Notes: a model not told the origin generated them from the sequence alone. Positions 1 through 10,152 are shown, numbered from the stretch's first letter. The stretch: DNA of 64,000 nucleotides from an uncultured Acidobacteriota bacterium (GCA_963851415.1 CAWKPF010000003.1:2184097-2248096); one strand, 5' to 3'. Translations and numbers: made by a program.

Positions 1-653
1 ACCGCCTCGCCCGCCGGCACGGTGAGGACTTCGAAGCCGACGAAGGCATAGAGAATCACCAGCGTCGACGAGCCGATTGCCGAGTAGCCGTGAGGAGCGA
101 AGGGCTGGAAGAGCGACAGGTCGAGGTGAAACAGCCCGATGCCGACGAACGCGAGGATCGGGAGCAGCTTCGCGACGGTGAAGACATTGGTCATCAGCGC
201 CGCCTGCTCGACGCCGGCGATGTTGATCGCCGCCAGGAGGGAGAACAACGCGACCAGGATGAGTGACCGATAGTCGAGCGCCAGGGGAATCAGCACTCCG
301 AGAGCGTCCACCAGCGCGTTCGACAGCGCACCCCACGCCGTGACGCGCACGACCCAGCTCAGCCACCCCACACCGAAGCCGACCCACTCACCGAAGGCGG
401 CCTGGCTGTAGAGCACGGGTCCCCCAGTCCCTTCGAAACGGCTCCCCACCTCGGCAAAGCAGACCACCAGCAACGAACAGAGCGCCGCAGAGATCAAGAA
501 CGTCCAGAGGGCCGCCGGCCCGAGCGCTTCCGCGGCATAGCCGGGAAGGAAGAAGATTCCCGTTCCGATCACGCCGTTGATGCCGATCGCCACCAGGTCG
601 CGTAAGCGCAACGAGCGTCTGAGCTCCGGCATCGATGGTCCCGTACTGCTCAT
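1..653 (-). CDS. APC-family amino acid permease (3' end runs off the window)
   Basis: Manual translation from ATG at 653: MSSTGPSMPELRRSLRLRDLVAIGINGVIGTGIFFLPG...CFAEVGSRFEGTGGPVLYSQAAFGEWVGFGVGW. Has the APC TM1 GxGIF and GG-x-x-Y motifs. Absent from the ORF track. Confidence 0.9.
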   Translation of the reverse strand, partial: MSSTGPSMPELRRSLRLRDLVAIGINGVIGTGIFFLPGYAAEALGPAALWTFLISAALCSLLVVCFAEVGSRFEGTGGPVLYSQAAFGEWVGFGVGWLSWVVRVTAWGALSNALVDALGVLIPLALDYRSLILVALFSLLAAINIAGVEQAALMTNVFTVAKLLPILAFVGIGLFHLDLSLFQPFAPHGYSAIGSSTLVILYAFVGFEVLTVPAGEA

Positions 654-800
654 CTCGTCCTCGCTGCGGTCGGCCGAATCCACTCCCCTGGAAGGTCGCG
701 CCATCATACGCGAGGGCGGAGCGTGGAACCCGACACTGCCGAGGTCCGTAGGAGGCCATATGATGGGCCTGTTCGAGCACCTCTGCCAGGAGTCGATTTG

Positions 801-1469
801 GTGAGCCCGACGGTTCAGCAGTACAGCCCCGCCGAGGAGATGGCGAACTCCCTCACGCATGGAGCCGGCGTCGTGCTCGCAATTGTGGGTCTCGCGGTAC
901 TCGCCGCTTTCTCCGCCGCGCACGGAGACGTCTGGCACATCGTGGGTTGCACGATCTTCGGCGCCACCCTCGTGCTGCTCTACACCGCATCGACGCTCTA
1001 CCATGCAGTGCCCGGCGAACGGGCCAAGTCTGTCCTGCGCGCCATCGATCACTCGGCGATCTACCTCTTGATCGCGGGCACCTACACGCCGTTCGCCCTG
1101 GTCAATCTGCGCGGCCCCTGGGGCTGGTCGCTCCTCGGAGTGATCTGGGGCGCCGCGATCGCCGGCGTCATCCTGCGCGCCGCGAATGGGCTGAAGTACC
1201 GCCGACTGGCGCTCGCCATCTACGTCGCCATGGGCTGGGCCGTCGTGGTGGCGACCGGTCCGATGCTGCGCAGCGTCGAGCCGGGCGGGCTCGTGCTTCT
1301 CGTTCTCGGCGGCCTCTGCTACACCGGCGGGATCCTGTTCTACCTCTGGCACTCGCTGCCCTACAACCATGCCATCTGGCACGCGTTCGTCCTGGCCGGC
1401 AGTGCCTGCCACTTCTTCGCGATTCTCTTCTACGTCATTCCTCTAGCCACATCGGGCGGAACCGGCTGA
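801..1469 (+). CDS. Hemolysin III / PAQR (TrhA-like) membrane protein
   Basis: EEMANSLTHG, STLYH, DHSAIYLLIAGTYTP and HAIWHAFV motifs, about 7 TM segments. AGGAG upstream of GTG 801. Confidence 0.92.
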   Translation: MSPTVQQYSPAEEMANSLTHGAGVVLAIVGLAVLAAFSAAHGDVWHIVGCTIFGATLVLLYTASTLYHAVPGERAKSVLRAIDHSAIYLLIAGTYTPFALVNLRGPWGWSLLGVIWGAAIAGVILRAANGLKYRRLALAIYVAMGWAVVVATGPMLRSVEPGGLVLLVLGGLCYTGGILFYLWHSLPYNHAIWHAFVLAGSACHFFAILFYVIPLATSGGTG

Positions 1470-1486
1470 GGCCGACGAAGGATCGC

Positions 1487-2092
1487 ATGGCGAACCAGTG
1501 GGCCAAGGGGTGCGGACTCGCGTGCGCAGGATGTGCGGTCGCGATGCTTGCCCTCGTCACCCTGGTGATCACGATCGCTCCCGGTGTGTTCAATCAGGCA
1601 CGCTCGATGATCGATCGTCAGCAGTGGTTCGAGCACTGGCAGGGTCCTCCAGCGGACGCCGCAGTCGAAGACCTTCTGCCCGTCGACGTGGAGGAACGGT
1701 CCCGACAGGACGTGACCACCGGACCCGGTCCCGAGCTCATCGATTTCGACGGCAACACGATGCTCCACGCGACCTATCGAGGAGGGGACGGGACGATCGA
1801 GGTCTGGGCCACACGCGCCACCGCCGAAGAGCGCGACGCATACTTCTCGCGGGCCGGCCAGTCGATCAGCGACGGAGAGTACGGGATGGTGACCCGGACA
1901 CTCATCGGCCACGTACTCACTCTTCGCTTCGGGAAGCCTTCGACCTCGATCGCCCTGTGGTGGGGCGATGACTGGCTGTTCACCTACGTCGCCGAGAACG
2001 ACGTTTCCCTGGGCCGGTTCCCCGATGAGCTCCTGCGCCTGATCGAGCGCGACGGGGAGCACGCGACGGAGACGGCCCCGAGCACCCCCTGA
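1487..2092 (+). CDS. Hypothetical membrane-anchored protein
   Basis: MANQWAKGCGLACAGC plus a hydrophobic helix and a soluble domain. AAGGA RBS. Stop overlaps the next start (TGATG). Confidence 0.7.
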   Translation: MANQWAKGCGLACAGCAVAMLALVTLVITIAPGVFNQARSMIDRQQWFEHWQGPPADAAVEDLLPVDVEERSRQDVTTGPGPELIDFDGNTMLHATYRGGDGTIEVWATRATAEERDAYFSRAGQSISDGEYGMVTRTLIGHVLTLRFGKPSTSIALWWGDDWLFTYVAENDVSLGRFPDELLRLIERDGEHATETAPSTP

Positions 2093-2904
2093 TGGAGGAC
2101 GCCCTCTCCGATGCGACCGCACGCCGGGTCCTCGAACGGCTGGGCTCGCCCGAGATCAGCGTCGACCTCGATGGACTCGAGACCCTCTACCGCGTCTGGT
2201 GCGAGAATGTGCCCTTCGACAATTCGAGAAAGCTCCTCGCACTCGAGCACGGCGACGAGATCCTGCCCGGGGCCTGCGCCGAGGACTTCTTCGAGCACTG
2301 GCTCGCCTACGGCACAGGAGGAACCTGCTGGCCCTCGAGCAACGCCCTCTTCGCTCTGGTGAGGCACTGCGGGTTCGAGGCACGACGAGTCTCCGGCTCG
2401 ATGATGGATGCCGACATCCCCAACCATGGAAGCGTGGTAGCTCGGATCGACGACCAGGACTGGCTCGTCGACTCGTCCATTCTCAGCTATCGCCCGCTGT
2501 TGCTGGGCACAGGAGAGACCTGGCACAGCGATGTCGAGCTCTACCCTGTCCGTGTGGAGCACAGCGACAGGGGATTCCTGATCACCTTTCCTGGCTTTCG
2601 GGGCGACGCGATGCCATGCCGCCTACTCCAGGACCCGGTCGACTACGACTTCTATCTGGACCGCTACGAAGCCTCCCGGGCAACCAGCGTGTTCAATGAC
2701 CGCCTCTGTTTCCGCCGCCACTCTCCAGATTCCATCACCGGTGTCCTCGGAGACACGCGCTACAGCGTATCGAGCTTCGGCAGCAGTCGGGTGACCCTCG
2801 AGCGGAAGGACGCAGAGCGGATTCTCGAGGAACGCGAGATGGGCCTGTCGAGACAGGTCCTCGACAGATTGCCGGACGCCGCGTTCCTGCCCTGGCGCTC
2901 CTGA
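2092..2904 (+). CDS. Arylamine N-acetyltransferase family protein
   Basis: VPFDN, GGTCW (catalytic Cys), NHGSV (His) and WLVD (Asp) triad motifs. Confidence 0.85.
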   Translation: MEDALSDATARRVLERLGSPEISVDLDGLETLYRVWCENVPFDNSRKLLALEHGDEILPGACAEDFFEHWLAYGTGGTCWPSSNALFALVRHCGFEARRVSGSMMDADIPNHGSVVARIDDQDWLVDSSILSYRPLLLGTGETWHSDVELYPVRVEHSDRGFLITFPGFRGDAMPCRLLQDPVDYDFYLDRYEASRATSVFNDRLCFRRHSPDSITGVLGDTRYSVSSFGSSRVTLERKDAERILEEREMGLSRQVLDRLPDAAFLPWRS

Positions 2905-2940
2905 GCGGCGCACCGATGGATGGGAGCCCGATTCGGGGCC

Positions 2941-4758
2941 CTACACTCCGCCCGCGGAAGTCAGCTGCTCGGCTACCCACCGCTCCATGCGCTCGGCGAG
3001 GACGTCCAGCGGCAGCGCTCCCGCGGAGAGCAGGTGGTCGTGAAAGGCACGGACATCGAAGGCCTCGCCCAGCTCCGCTTCGGCGTACGCACGGAGCCTC
3101 TTGATCTCGAGCTCACCGATCTTGTAGGCGAGCGCCTGCCCGGGCATCACGATGTAGCGATCGACTTCGACTTCGATATCGTGCTCGGCCTTGCCGGCAT
3201 TGGCCTTGAAGAAGTCGATGGCCTGGCGACGACTCCACCCTTTCGCGTGCATGCCGGTGTCGACGACCAGCCGGATCGCCCGCCACATCTCGTAGGTCAG
3301 CTGGCCGAACTTCGAGTAGGGATCGGTGTAGAGACCGAGCGCCGGCCCGAGCGACTCCGAGTAGAGCCCCCACCCTTCGACGAAGGCCGTCGAGCCCCCC
3401 ATCGCGGAGTATCGCCGGAACATCGGCAGTCCCTCGAGCTCCGAGGCCAGCGCGATCTGCAGGTGGTGACCCGGCACTGCTTCATGGACGGTCAGGGCCT
3501 CCATCTCCCACTTGGGTCGCGACCGCAGGTCGTAGGTGTTGGCGAAGAAGGTTCCGGCGAGCCCATTCTCCACCGAGCCCGGGTTGTAGTACGCAGTCGT
3601 GCTGGTCTTCTCCGAATAGGCCGGTACCGGTTCGACTCCGTAGGGCAACCGGGGCAGCTTGCCGAAGAGCAGGAGCAGCTTCGCGTCGACTCGCTTGGCG
3701 ATGTCGCGATAGCCGATCAGGAGCTCCTCCTCGACGCTGTGAAAGAACTGGGGATCGGTCCGCAGGAACTCGAAGAATTCGTCGAGCGTACCGTCGAATG
3801 CCGCTTCCCTCTTGACCTCCTCCATCTGGGCACGAATGCGCGCCACTTCCTCGAGACCGATCTGATGAATCTCCTCCGGCGTCAGATCGGTGGTGGTCTG
3901 CTGCTTCACGTTGTAGGCGTACCAGTCCTCGCCATCTGGAAGGTCCGCCAGCGCGATGGTCTCGCGGGTCTGGGAATAGTAGGTGTCGACCCAGAACCGG
4001 TGCAGCTCCCGATACGCCGGGATCACGCGCTGATCGAGCGTTGCCTTCGCGACCTCACGGAGCCGCTCGGCATCTTCGGGTGCGATCGACGGCGGCAGCT
4101 GCATGAAGCCGTTGCGGAAGATCGGGTGCTCTTCGGCATCACCACTGGCGAGCATGGCCAACTGATCGCCGACGCCGGGCAGCGTGACCTTCGGTGGAGT
4201 GATGCCTCTAGAGGCTCCCTCTTCGAGCAGCGCCTGCACCTGCTGGAACAGCACCGGAGTCTTGTCGAGGCGCGCCAGAAGCGCTTCGACCTGAGCGGTC
4301 GTGAACCTGGGAGACATCACTGCCAGCTGGGGCAACATGGTCGGAACGCCGCCCATCTGGTCGAGCGGCATCAGCTCGCCCGGGAAGCGCTCTCCCTCGA
4401 CCGCCATCTCGACCTGCCGGCGAAACAGGGAGTAGTTCAGCCGGTCTTCGGCCGAGAGCGCTTCGACGTCGAAGGTCTTCAGTCGTTCGAGCAGCTCTCG
4501 CACATGCTGTCGCCTGCGCTCGTTCGCCTGCTGCGAGAGATCCGGCATCTCCTCCGCGTAGAGCGGCGAGCCGACGAACGTCGCCATCACGGGATTGTCC
4601 CTCAAGGTCCAGTCCCACTCCTCCTGGAAGAGTGCGTGCAATCGCTCGCCTTCACGGGCTTCGGCAGCGGGGGCCTGACCCATCGCCGGTACGGCCTGAA
4701 TGACCAGGATCAGCGGGAACGTCGTCCAGCGGAGGAGCCTCGTCAGTGGATTGTTCAT
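2941..4758 (-). CDS. DUF885 family secreted protein (putative metallopeptidase)
   Basis: Signal peptide. HEAVPGHHLQ, AFVEGWGLYSE, RLVVDTGMH and PGQALAYKIG motifs. Confidence 0.92.
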   Translation of the reverse strand: MNNPLTRLLRWTTFPLILVIQAVPAMGQAPAAEAREGERLHALFQEEWDWTLRDNPVMATFVGSPLYAEEMPDLSQQANERRRQHVRELLERLKTFDVEALSAEDRLNYSLFRRQVEMAVEGERFPGELMPLDQMGGVPTMLPQLAVMSPRFTTAQVEALLARLDKTPVLFQQVQALLEEGASRGITPPKVTLPGVGDQLAMLASGDAEEHPIFRNGFMQLPPSIAPEDAERLREVAKATLDQRVIPAYRELHRFWVDTYYSQTRETIALADLPDGEDWYAYNVKQQTTTDLTPEEIHQIGLEEVARIRAQMEEVKREAAFDGTLDEFFEFLRTDPQFFHSVEEELLIGYRDIAKRVDAKLLLLFGKLPRLPYGVEPVPAYSEKTSTTAYYNPGSVENGLAGTFFANTYDLRSRPKWEMEALTVHEAVPGHHLQIALASELEGLPMFRRYSAMGGSTAFVEGWGLYSESLGPALGLYTDPYSKFGQLTYEMWRAIRLVVDTGMHAKGWSRRQAIDFFKANAGKAEHDIEVEVDRYIVMPGQALAYKIGELEIKRLRAYAEAELGEAFDVRAFHDHLLSAGALPLDVLAERMERWVAEQLTSAGGV

Positions 4759-4847
4759 GGCCTGGAATCTCCGCAATCGATCGTTCGAGAATGGAGACAG
4801 CATACCGCGAGCGGCTGGTGGGCTTTCCGAGCACTGCAACCTTGCTT

Positions 4848-4903
4848 TCCCCTTGACGTTCTACAAGAAGAAGAGCTACCCTTCTTGTAGAACGTCGAGG
4901 GGA
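4848..4903. promoter_or_regulatory. 23-bp inverted repeat, probable PadR operator over a sigma70-like promoter
   Basis: TCCCCTTGACGTTCTACAAGAAG-N10-CTTCTTGTAGAACGTCGAGGGGA (1 mismatch). Overlaps TTGACG-N18-TACCCT and the padR RBS. Confidence 0.75.
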
Positions 4904-4911
4904 GAGCCGAG

Positions 4912-5256
4912 ATGAAGAGGCGAAAGGACGACTCCAGACCGGACATCCTTCAGGGCACCCTGGACCTGTTGATCCTGCGTACTCTGGTGGTGGGTGCCAT
5001 GCACGGCTGGGGAATCTCGCAGCGCATCCAGCAGGTTTCGGGCAACGAGATCCTGGTCAACCAGGGATCCCTCTATCCCTCGCTCCATCGTTTGCAGCGC
5101 CGCGGTTGGATCACCTCGGAATGGGGACTCTCCGAAAACAACCGGCGCGCCCGGTTCTATCGGCTCACGCGCTCCGGTCGGCGCCAACTGGAGTCTGAGA
5201 CCGAGAACTGGGAGCGCCTCTCCTCCGCCATCAGCCGCGTGCTCCGTCACGCTTGA
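4912..5256 (+). CDS. padR: PadR family transcriptional regulator (acidobacterial type)
   Basis: ILQGTLDLLIL, HGWGI, QGSLYPSLHRL and SENNRRARFYRLT motifs. Lies directly upstream of an ADOP permease. Confidence 0.95.
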   Translation: MKRRKDDSRPDILQGTLDLLILRTLVVGAMHGWGISQRIQQVSGNEILVNQGSLYPSLHRLQRRGWITSEWGLSENNRRARFYRLTRSGRRQLESETENWERLSSAISRVLRHA

Positions 5257-5265
5257 GGACCCGTC

Positions 5266-7874
5266 ATGACTTGGCTCTCCAGGCTTCCCGTCATCCGACA
5301 CTGGATCGGCGACCAGGACCTCGACGACGAGCTGCGATTCCATCTCGAGATGGAGGCCCAGAAGCTCGTCGAGAAAGGTCTGAATCCGCAGGAGGCTCAG
5401 CGGCAGGCACGCCTGGCCTTTGGCGGCTACCAGGCCACGATGGAAGAGTGCCGGGACGTACGTCCGCTGCACCTCGTGGGCGACTTCGGTAGGGATCTCA
5501 GGGAGGCGACGCGGGCGCTGGGTCGCTCCCCCTGTTCACCACGACCGCCATTGCCAGCCTCGCCTTCGGAATCGGCGCCTGCGCGGTGATCTTCAGCCTG
5601 GTCGACGCGGTGCTGCTCCGGCCTCTGCCCTTCGAGGAGCCCGATCGCCTCGTCCGTTTCTGGGAGATCACCCCCGGTGGCGAGCGATTCTCCACCTCCG
5701 ACCCCAACATCCTCGATTTCCGAGAGGCCAACACCACCCTCCTCGAGGTGGCAGCCCTCGCCTTTCCCCCACCCCAGCCTTCGCTTCGGACCGCCGCCGG
5801 TCCGGAGCTTCTCCGGGGCCAGTCCGTGACCCACTCCTTCTTCGAGATGCTCGGGGTGGAGCCGATCCTCGGCCGCTCGTTCGGACCCGAGGAAGCCGTT
5901 CCCGGCAGCACGCCGCGGGTCGTTCTGCTCAGCCATGCGGCGTGGCGGGGGCGCTTCGGCGGCGACTCCGAGATCATCGGCAAGCCCCTCGATCTGGACG
6001 GGGAACGATGGACCGTGATCGGAGTGCTGCCTGAAGACTTTCGCTTTCTCGACGATCCGGACCTCTGGTTCCCCTACGTACTCGACCCCGCCTATCCACG
6101 TGGCGACCATCGAATCGAAGCCTTCGCTCGCCTCGCCCCGGACGTCACCCTGGAAGAGGCCAACGCCGAGCTGAACACCATCGCCCAGCGACTCAGTGAG
6201 CAGTATCCGGAGACCAATGACGGCTGGGGGGCGCTGCTGGTTCCCTTCCCGGAGTGGTTGATCGGACCGACCGTCGAACGGGCCAACCTGGTCCTGCTCG
6301 GCGCAGTCGGTCTTCTCCTACTGCTGGCCTGCGCCAATGTGTCGAACCTCTTGCTGGCCCGTGCCAGTCATCGCGGCAGCGAGATCGGCCTGCGCATGGC
6401 ACTGGGGGCCGGGCGGGCCCGCCTTGTGCGCCAGTTGCTCACCGAGTCACTGGTGCTCGGCGCGGCGGGTGCAGGCGCCGGACTGCTCATCGCGGTGATT
6501 ACCATTCCAGCGCTACGCCGACTCGAACAGCGGCCCTTCCCACGTATGGACGAGATGGCCATCGACGGCGGCGTCCTGTTGTTCACGATCGCGATCGCGC
6601 TGGCAACCAGCCTGGTCTTCGGTCTTGCACCGGCCTTGCACGCCACCGCGGGATCGCTGGCCGACACCGGTCGCACCGGCCGCCAGGGCGGCGGCGAGCG
6701 GCGCGGCAACGCCTTGCGCACCGGTCTGGTGATCGGCGAGTTGGCGCTGGCCACGATCCTCGCCGTCGGTGCCGGGCTTCTCGCGCGCAGCTTCTGGGAG
6801 CTGTCGGCAGTCGATCCAGGCTTCGAGACCGACGGCGTGGTGAGGGCGGAGATCGTTCTTCCGATCGAGCGCTACCCTGAACAATCCGACGCCGTCGGCG
6901 CGTTCTACCGCGGACTGGAAGAACGACTCGCCGCTCTGCCGGGCGTCCAGTCCGTGGGGGCAGGAATGGTGAGCCCCTTTCGCGGGCCCAACCCCACCAA
7001 CACCGTCGCGCGAGAAGACGCCGTCGAGGACGACGAGTTCGTCTGGGTGCGATGGCGCGGCATCACCTCGGGCTACTTCAAGACCCTGCAGATCCCGTTG
7101 CTGCGCGGCGACACCTTTCGCGATCGAGACGATGAGCCCCTGCAAGCGATCGTCAGCGAACAACTCGCGGAGCGACTGTGGCCCGGAAAGGACCCGCTCG
7201 GCCAGATGGTGCGCTGGAACCGAGTCGGTGGCCCCCTCTTCGAGGTCATCGGCGTGGCCACCGAAGTCCGAGACCTGGCGCTCGAGGCGGAGCCTCCGCC
7301 CACGATCTACCTGCCTCAGTCGGTGATCCGTTGGCCGAGCATGACCGTGATGCTGCGCACCGAGGAGCCCTCGCGGGCACTCGCGCCAGCGTTGCGCTCA
7401 GCGATCCTGGAGCTCGACCCTCTACTGGCGCCGCGAGAGATCGGAACCCTGGACGAGAACCGCAGCGAAGCGCTGGCCAGCTCCCGGCTCAACGTCAGCA
7501 CGCTGGCTGTGTTCTCGATCGGAGCCCTCACCCTGGCCACCATCGGCGTCTTCGGACTCATCTCGTATGCCGTGTCGCGCCGTCGGCACGAGCTGGGAGT
7601 GCGAATCGCTCTCGGGGCGCGTCCGCAGGATCTGACCCGCCTGGTCGTCCGCGGCGGACTGTCGCTCGTGGCCGCCGGGTTGACGCTGGGAGCCCTCGGC
7701 GCGCTCGCCCTGGCCCGCTTTCTGCGAAGCCTGCTCTTCGCGACCTCGCCCTTCGACCCGGGGGTGCTGGTTGGGGTCGCTCTGGTCCTCGCTGCAACGG
7801 GCGCCTTCGCTTGCTGGGCGCCCGCACGGCGCGCCGCCCGGCTCGACCCGGTGAAGGCACTGCGCGACGACTGA
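5266..7874 (+). pseudogene. ADOP / MacB-FtsX duplicated permease, frameshifted at about 5528-5532 (or an assembly error)
   Basis: ORF 5266-5589 carries the permease prefix (DLDDELRFHLEM). ORF 5586-7874 carries the two MacB/FtsX halves. One extra C in a C5 run restores RSP-LFTTTAIASLAFGIGA. Confidence 0.85.
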
Positions 7875-7902
7875 GTGCGACGACTGAGGGTGCGACGACT
7901 GA
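7864..7902 (+). repeat. Three near-tandem copies of GCGACGACTGA (the ADOP gene's 3' end and stop)
   Basis: Copies at 7864, 7877 and 7892. Confidence 0.8.
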
Positions 7903-7994
7903 CGGTGCTTCGCGGAGTGGTCTAGACTCGGCGCGCCCGTCCACGCCGCCGTCTCGGTCTCGCGCCGATCTCCGCGACCGCACAGGAGCCGTCC

Positions 7995-9332
7995 TTGCTG
8001 CACCGACTGCATTTCCCCAATCCTCTGGTTCTCCTGGTCGTTTGTGTAGTGCTCGCAGCCATCGGCACCCACCTGCTCCCCGCCGGCACCTTCGATCGGG
8101 AGCTGGTCGACGGCCGAGAGATCGTGGTTGCGGGCACCTACCACGAGGTGGAGCCCAGCCCGGTCGGTTTCTTCGACACCTTCGTTGCCCTGCCGAGGGG
8201 CATGATCGAGGCGGCCGAGGTGGTCTTCCTGATCTTCCTGGTCGGCGGAGCGTTCACCGTAGTCGATGCCACCGGCGCTCTGCGCGGTGGGGTCTCCTGG
8301 CTGGCCCACCGCCTGGGTAACTCGGAGCTGGTGATGATCCCGATCGTGTCTCTGGTGTTCGCTGCTGGCGGCGTCCTGGAGAACGCGCAGGAAGAGATCA
8401 TCGCGATCATGCCGGTGCTCCTCCTGCTCATGCGGCGCCTCGGCTTTCAGCCCCTGACCGCTGCGCTGGTGAGTGTCGGCCCCGCCATGGTCGGCTCGGC
8501 GATGAGCCCGATGAATCCATTCCAGGTCGGCATCGCCCAGGGTGTCGCCGAGCTCCCTCTGCTCTCGGGCGGTGTGTTCCGCACCGTCCTCCTGGGAGTC
8601 GCGCTGGTCTACTGGATCGGCTCGACCACACGCTGGGCGGCACGGACACGGATCGAGCCCGACCCCGACGCGGTCGCGGGCGAATCCGAGCTCCACCCTC
8701 GCCACATCGCGATACTCGCTCTCGTCTTCCTGACCTTCGCCTACCTGGTCTACGGGCTGCTCGGACTGGGCTGGGACTTCAATCAGATGTCCGGCCTGTT
8801 CTTCATCATGGCTGTCGTGGTGGGCCTGGTCGGCGGACTGGGCATCAACGGCACGGCCCGCGCCTATGGCGACGGATTCCGGGAGATGGCCTATGCCGCC
8901 ATTCTGGTCGGCTGCGCCCGAGCCATCTTCGTCGTCCTGCGCGACGGCGCGATCGTCGACACCATCGTCCAGGCCCTGTTCGATCCGATCGCCCGACTCC
9001 CTACCACCCTCGCCGCCCTGGGCATGGCCGGCGCTCATGCGCTGATCCACTTTCCGGTGCCCAGCGTCAGCGGTCACGCCGTGCTCACCATGCCGATCCT
9101 GGTACCGCTGGCGGACCTGCTCGGTCTGTCTCGGCAGACGGCCGTGCTCGCCTACCAGGTCGGCGGTGGCTTCTCGGATCTGATCGTGCCCACCAACGGT
9201 TCGCTGCTCGCGATTCTCGCCGCGGGAGGGCTGCAATACGAGCAGTGGATTCGCTGGGTGCTGCCCAGGTACGTGGTGCTGATGATCCTGGGAGCGATTG
9301 CCCTGGTCGTCGCCGTCGCGATCGGGTTCTGA
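7995..9332 (+). CDS. YfcC family (C4-dicarboxylate anaerobic carrier-like) transporter
   Basis: FPNPLVLL, PAGTFDR, NPFQVGIAQGVAELPLLSG, PSVSGHAVLTMPI and PTNG motifs. Confidence 0.9.
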   Translation: MLHRLHFPNPLVLLVVCVVLAAIGTHLLPAGTFDRELVDGREIVVAGTYHEVEPSPVGFFDTFVALPRGMIEAAEVVFLIFLVGGAFTVVDATGALRGGVSWLAHRLGNSELVMIPIVSLVFAAGGVLENAQEEIIAIMPVLLLLMRRLGFQPLTAALVSVGPAMVGSAMSPMNPFQVGIAQGVAELPLLSGGVFRTVLLGVALVYWIGSTTRWAARTRIEPDPDAVAGESELHPRHIAILALVFLTFAYLVYGLLGLGWDFNQMSGLFFIMAVVVGLVGGLGINGTARAYGDGFREMAYAAILVGCARAIFVVLRDGAIVDTIVQALFDPIARLPTTLAALGMAGAHALIHFPVPSVSGHAVLTMPILVPLADLLGLSRQTAVLAYQVGGGFSDLIVPTNGSLLAILAAGGLQYEQWIRWVLPRYVVLMILGAIALVVAVAIGF

Positions 9333-9343
9333 GGAGCCTCTCG

Positions 9344-9379
9344 AGGATCCACTTCAGGATCCAGTTCAGGCTGGCCTTC
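9344..9379. repeat. Degenerate 12-bp tandem repeat between convergent genes
   Basis: AGGATCCACTTC / AGGATCCAGTTC / AGGCTGGCCTTC. Confidence 0.5.
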
Positions 9380-9387
9380 GTGCCCGG

Positions 9388-10026
9388 CTACTCGACCAGG
9401 GTGTCGGCAATGGCCGCGACCGCATCGAAGGTGCGCTGCGCTGCGCGGAGCACGGCCCCCTCCTCCATCGGCGAGAAGTCCTGTGCGTCCATCACGGCAC
9501 GGAACTCGGCCCACCTCTCGGGCTGTTCGTCGCCGTAGGGATCGAGGTACCGCAGGCCGGGGCCCGAATCGAGCCCCCACTTCTGCCGGAGCACTCGTGC
9601 GATGAACCGATTCCCGTTCATGCTTCCCTCGAGAACGTACAGCACACCCAGAAGGGCCGCCGGGCACTCGTTCTCCCAGTGGTCGAAATCCACCAGGAGT
9701 CGCCGAGCCGACTCGGTGGGCGTGCCGGGCTCGAGGCCGTAGAACTCGAGGTCTGCGACGAGGTCCGATTCTCGCACGTGGTGCTGTCGGAACACCGAGG
9801 CGATCCTGCGGTCGCCAGCGCTGCGCGCCGCGAGCCTTCGCTCCAGGCCACGGTGGACACACAGCAGCTCTCCGAGATAGGCGGCGAAGGTCTCGCGTGG
9901 CAGCTCGCCGGCGAGCAACTCGCGCTGCAGCTCTCGTTGCTCGGCGCGTCGATGGTGCTCTCGGGTGGACTCTCTCAACCGTGCCATCAGACTGGTAGCG
10001 GTCTGCGAACTCACCGCGTCCGTCAT
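9388..10026 (-). CDS. Biliverdin-producing heme oxygenase
   Basis: RLRESTREHHRRAE (proximal His helix) and LYVLEGSMNG distal-helix motif. GAGGAG RBS. Confidence 0.9.
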   Translation of the reverse strand: MTDAVSSQTATSLMARLRESTREHHRRAEQRELQRELLAGELPRETFAAYLGELLCVHRGLERRLAARSAGDRRIASVFRQHHVRESDLVADLEFYGLEPGTPTESARRLLVDFDHWENECPAALLGVLYVLEGSMNGNRFIARVLRQKWGLDSGPGLRYLDPYGDEQPERWAEFRAVMDAQDFSPMEEGAVLRAAQRTFDAVAAIADTLVE

Positions 10027-10038
10027 CTTGTCTTCTCC

Positions 10039-10152
10039 TCAGGACAAGCGCATCGCCGCAGCGATCAGAAGGGCAAGCCAGGCCAGCCCCTTGACGAAGA
10101 AGAACAGAAAACCCGCGACCGCTCCGCGTTTGACCCAGCGCTTCGAGCTCAT
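10039..10152 (-). CDS. 37-aa single-TM microprotein (GFLFFxxKGLxW type)
   Basis: Manual translation: MSSKRWVKRGAVAGFLFFFVKGLAWLALLIAAAMRLS*. GGAG RBS. Its stop overlaps the heme oxygenase RBS. Confidence 0.8.
   Translation of the reverse strand: MSSKRWVKRGAVAGFLFFFVKGLAWLALLIAAAMRLS

Noticed and set aside
2920-4890. 656-aa ORF antisense to DUF885, and similar long shadow ORFs (7422-9236, 18639-20690, 22742-24202, 59762-61540, 61931-63340)
   Set aside because: These are mirror frames of real genes, expected from high-GC codon bias. They have no family motifs.
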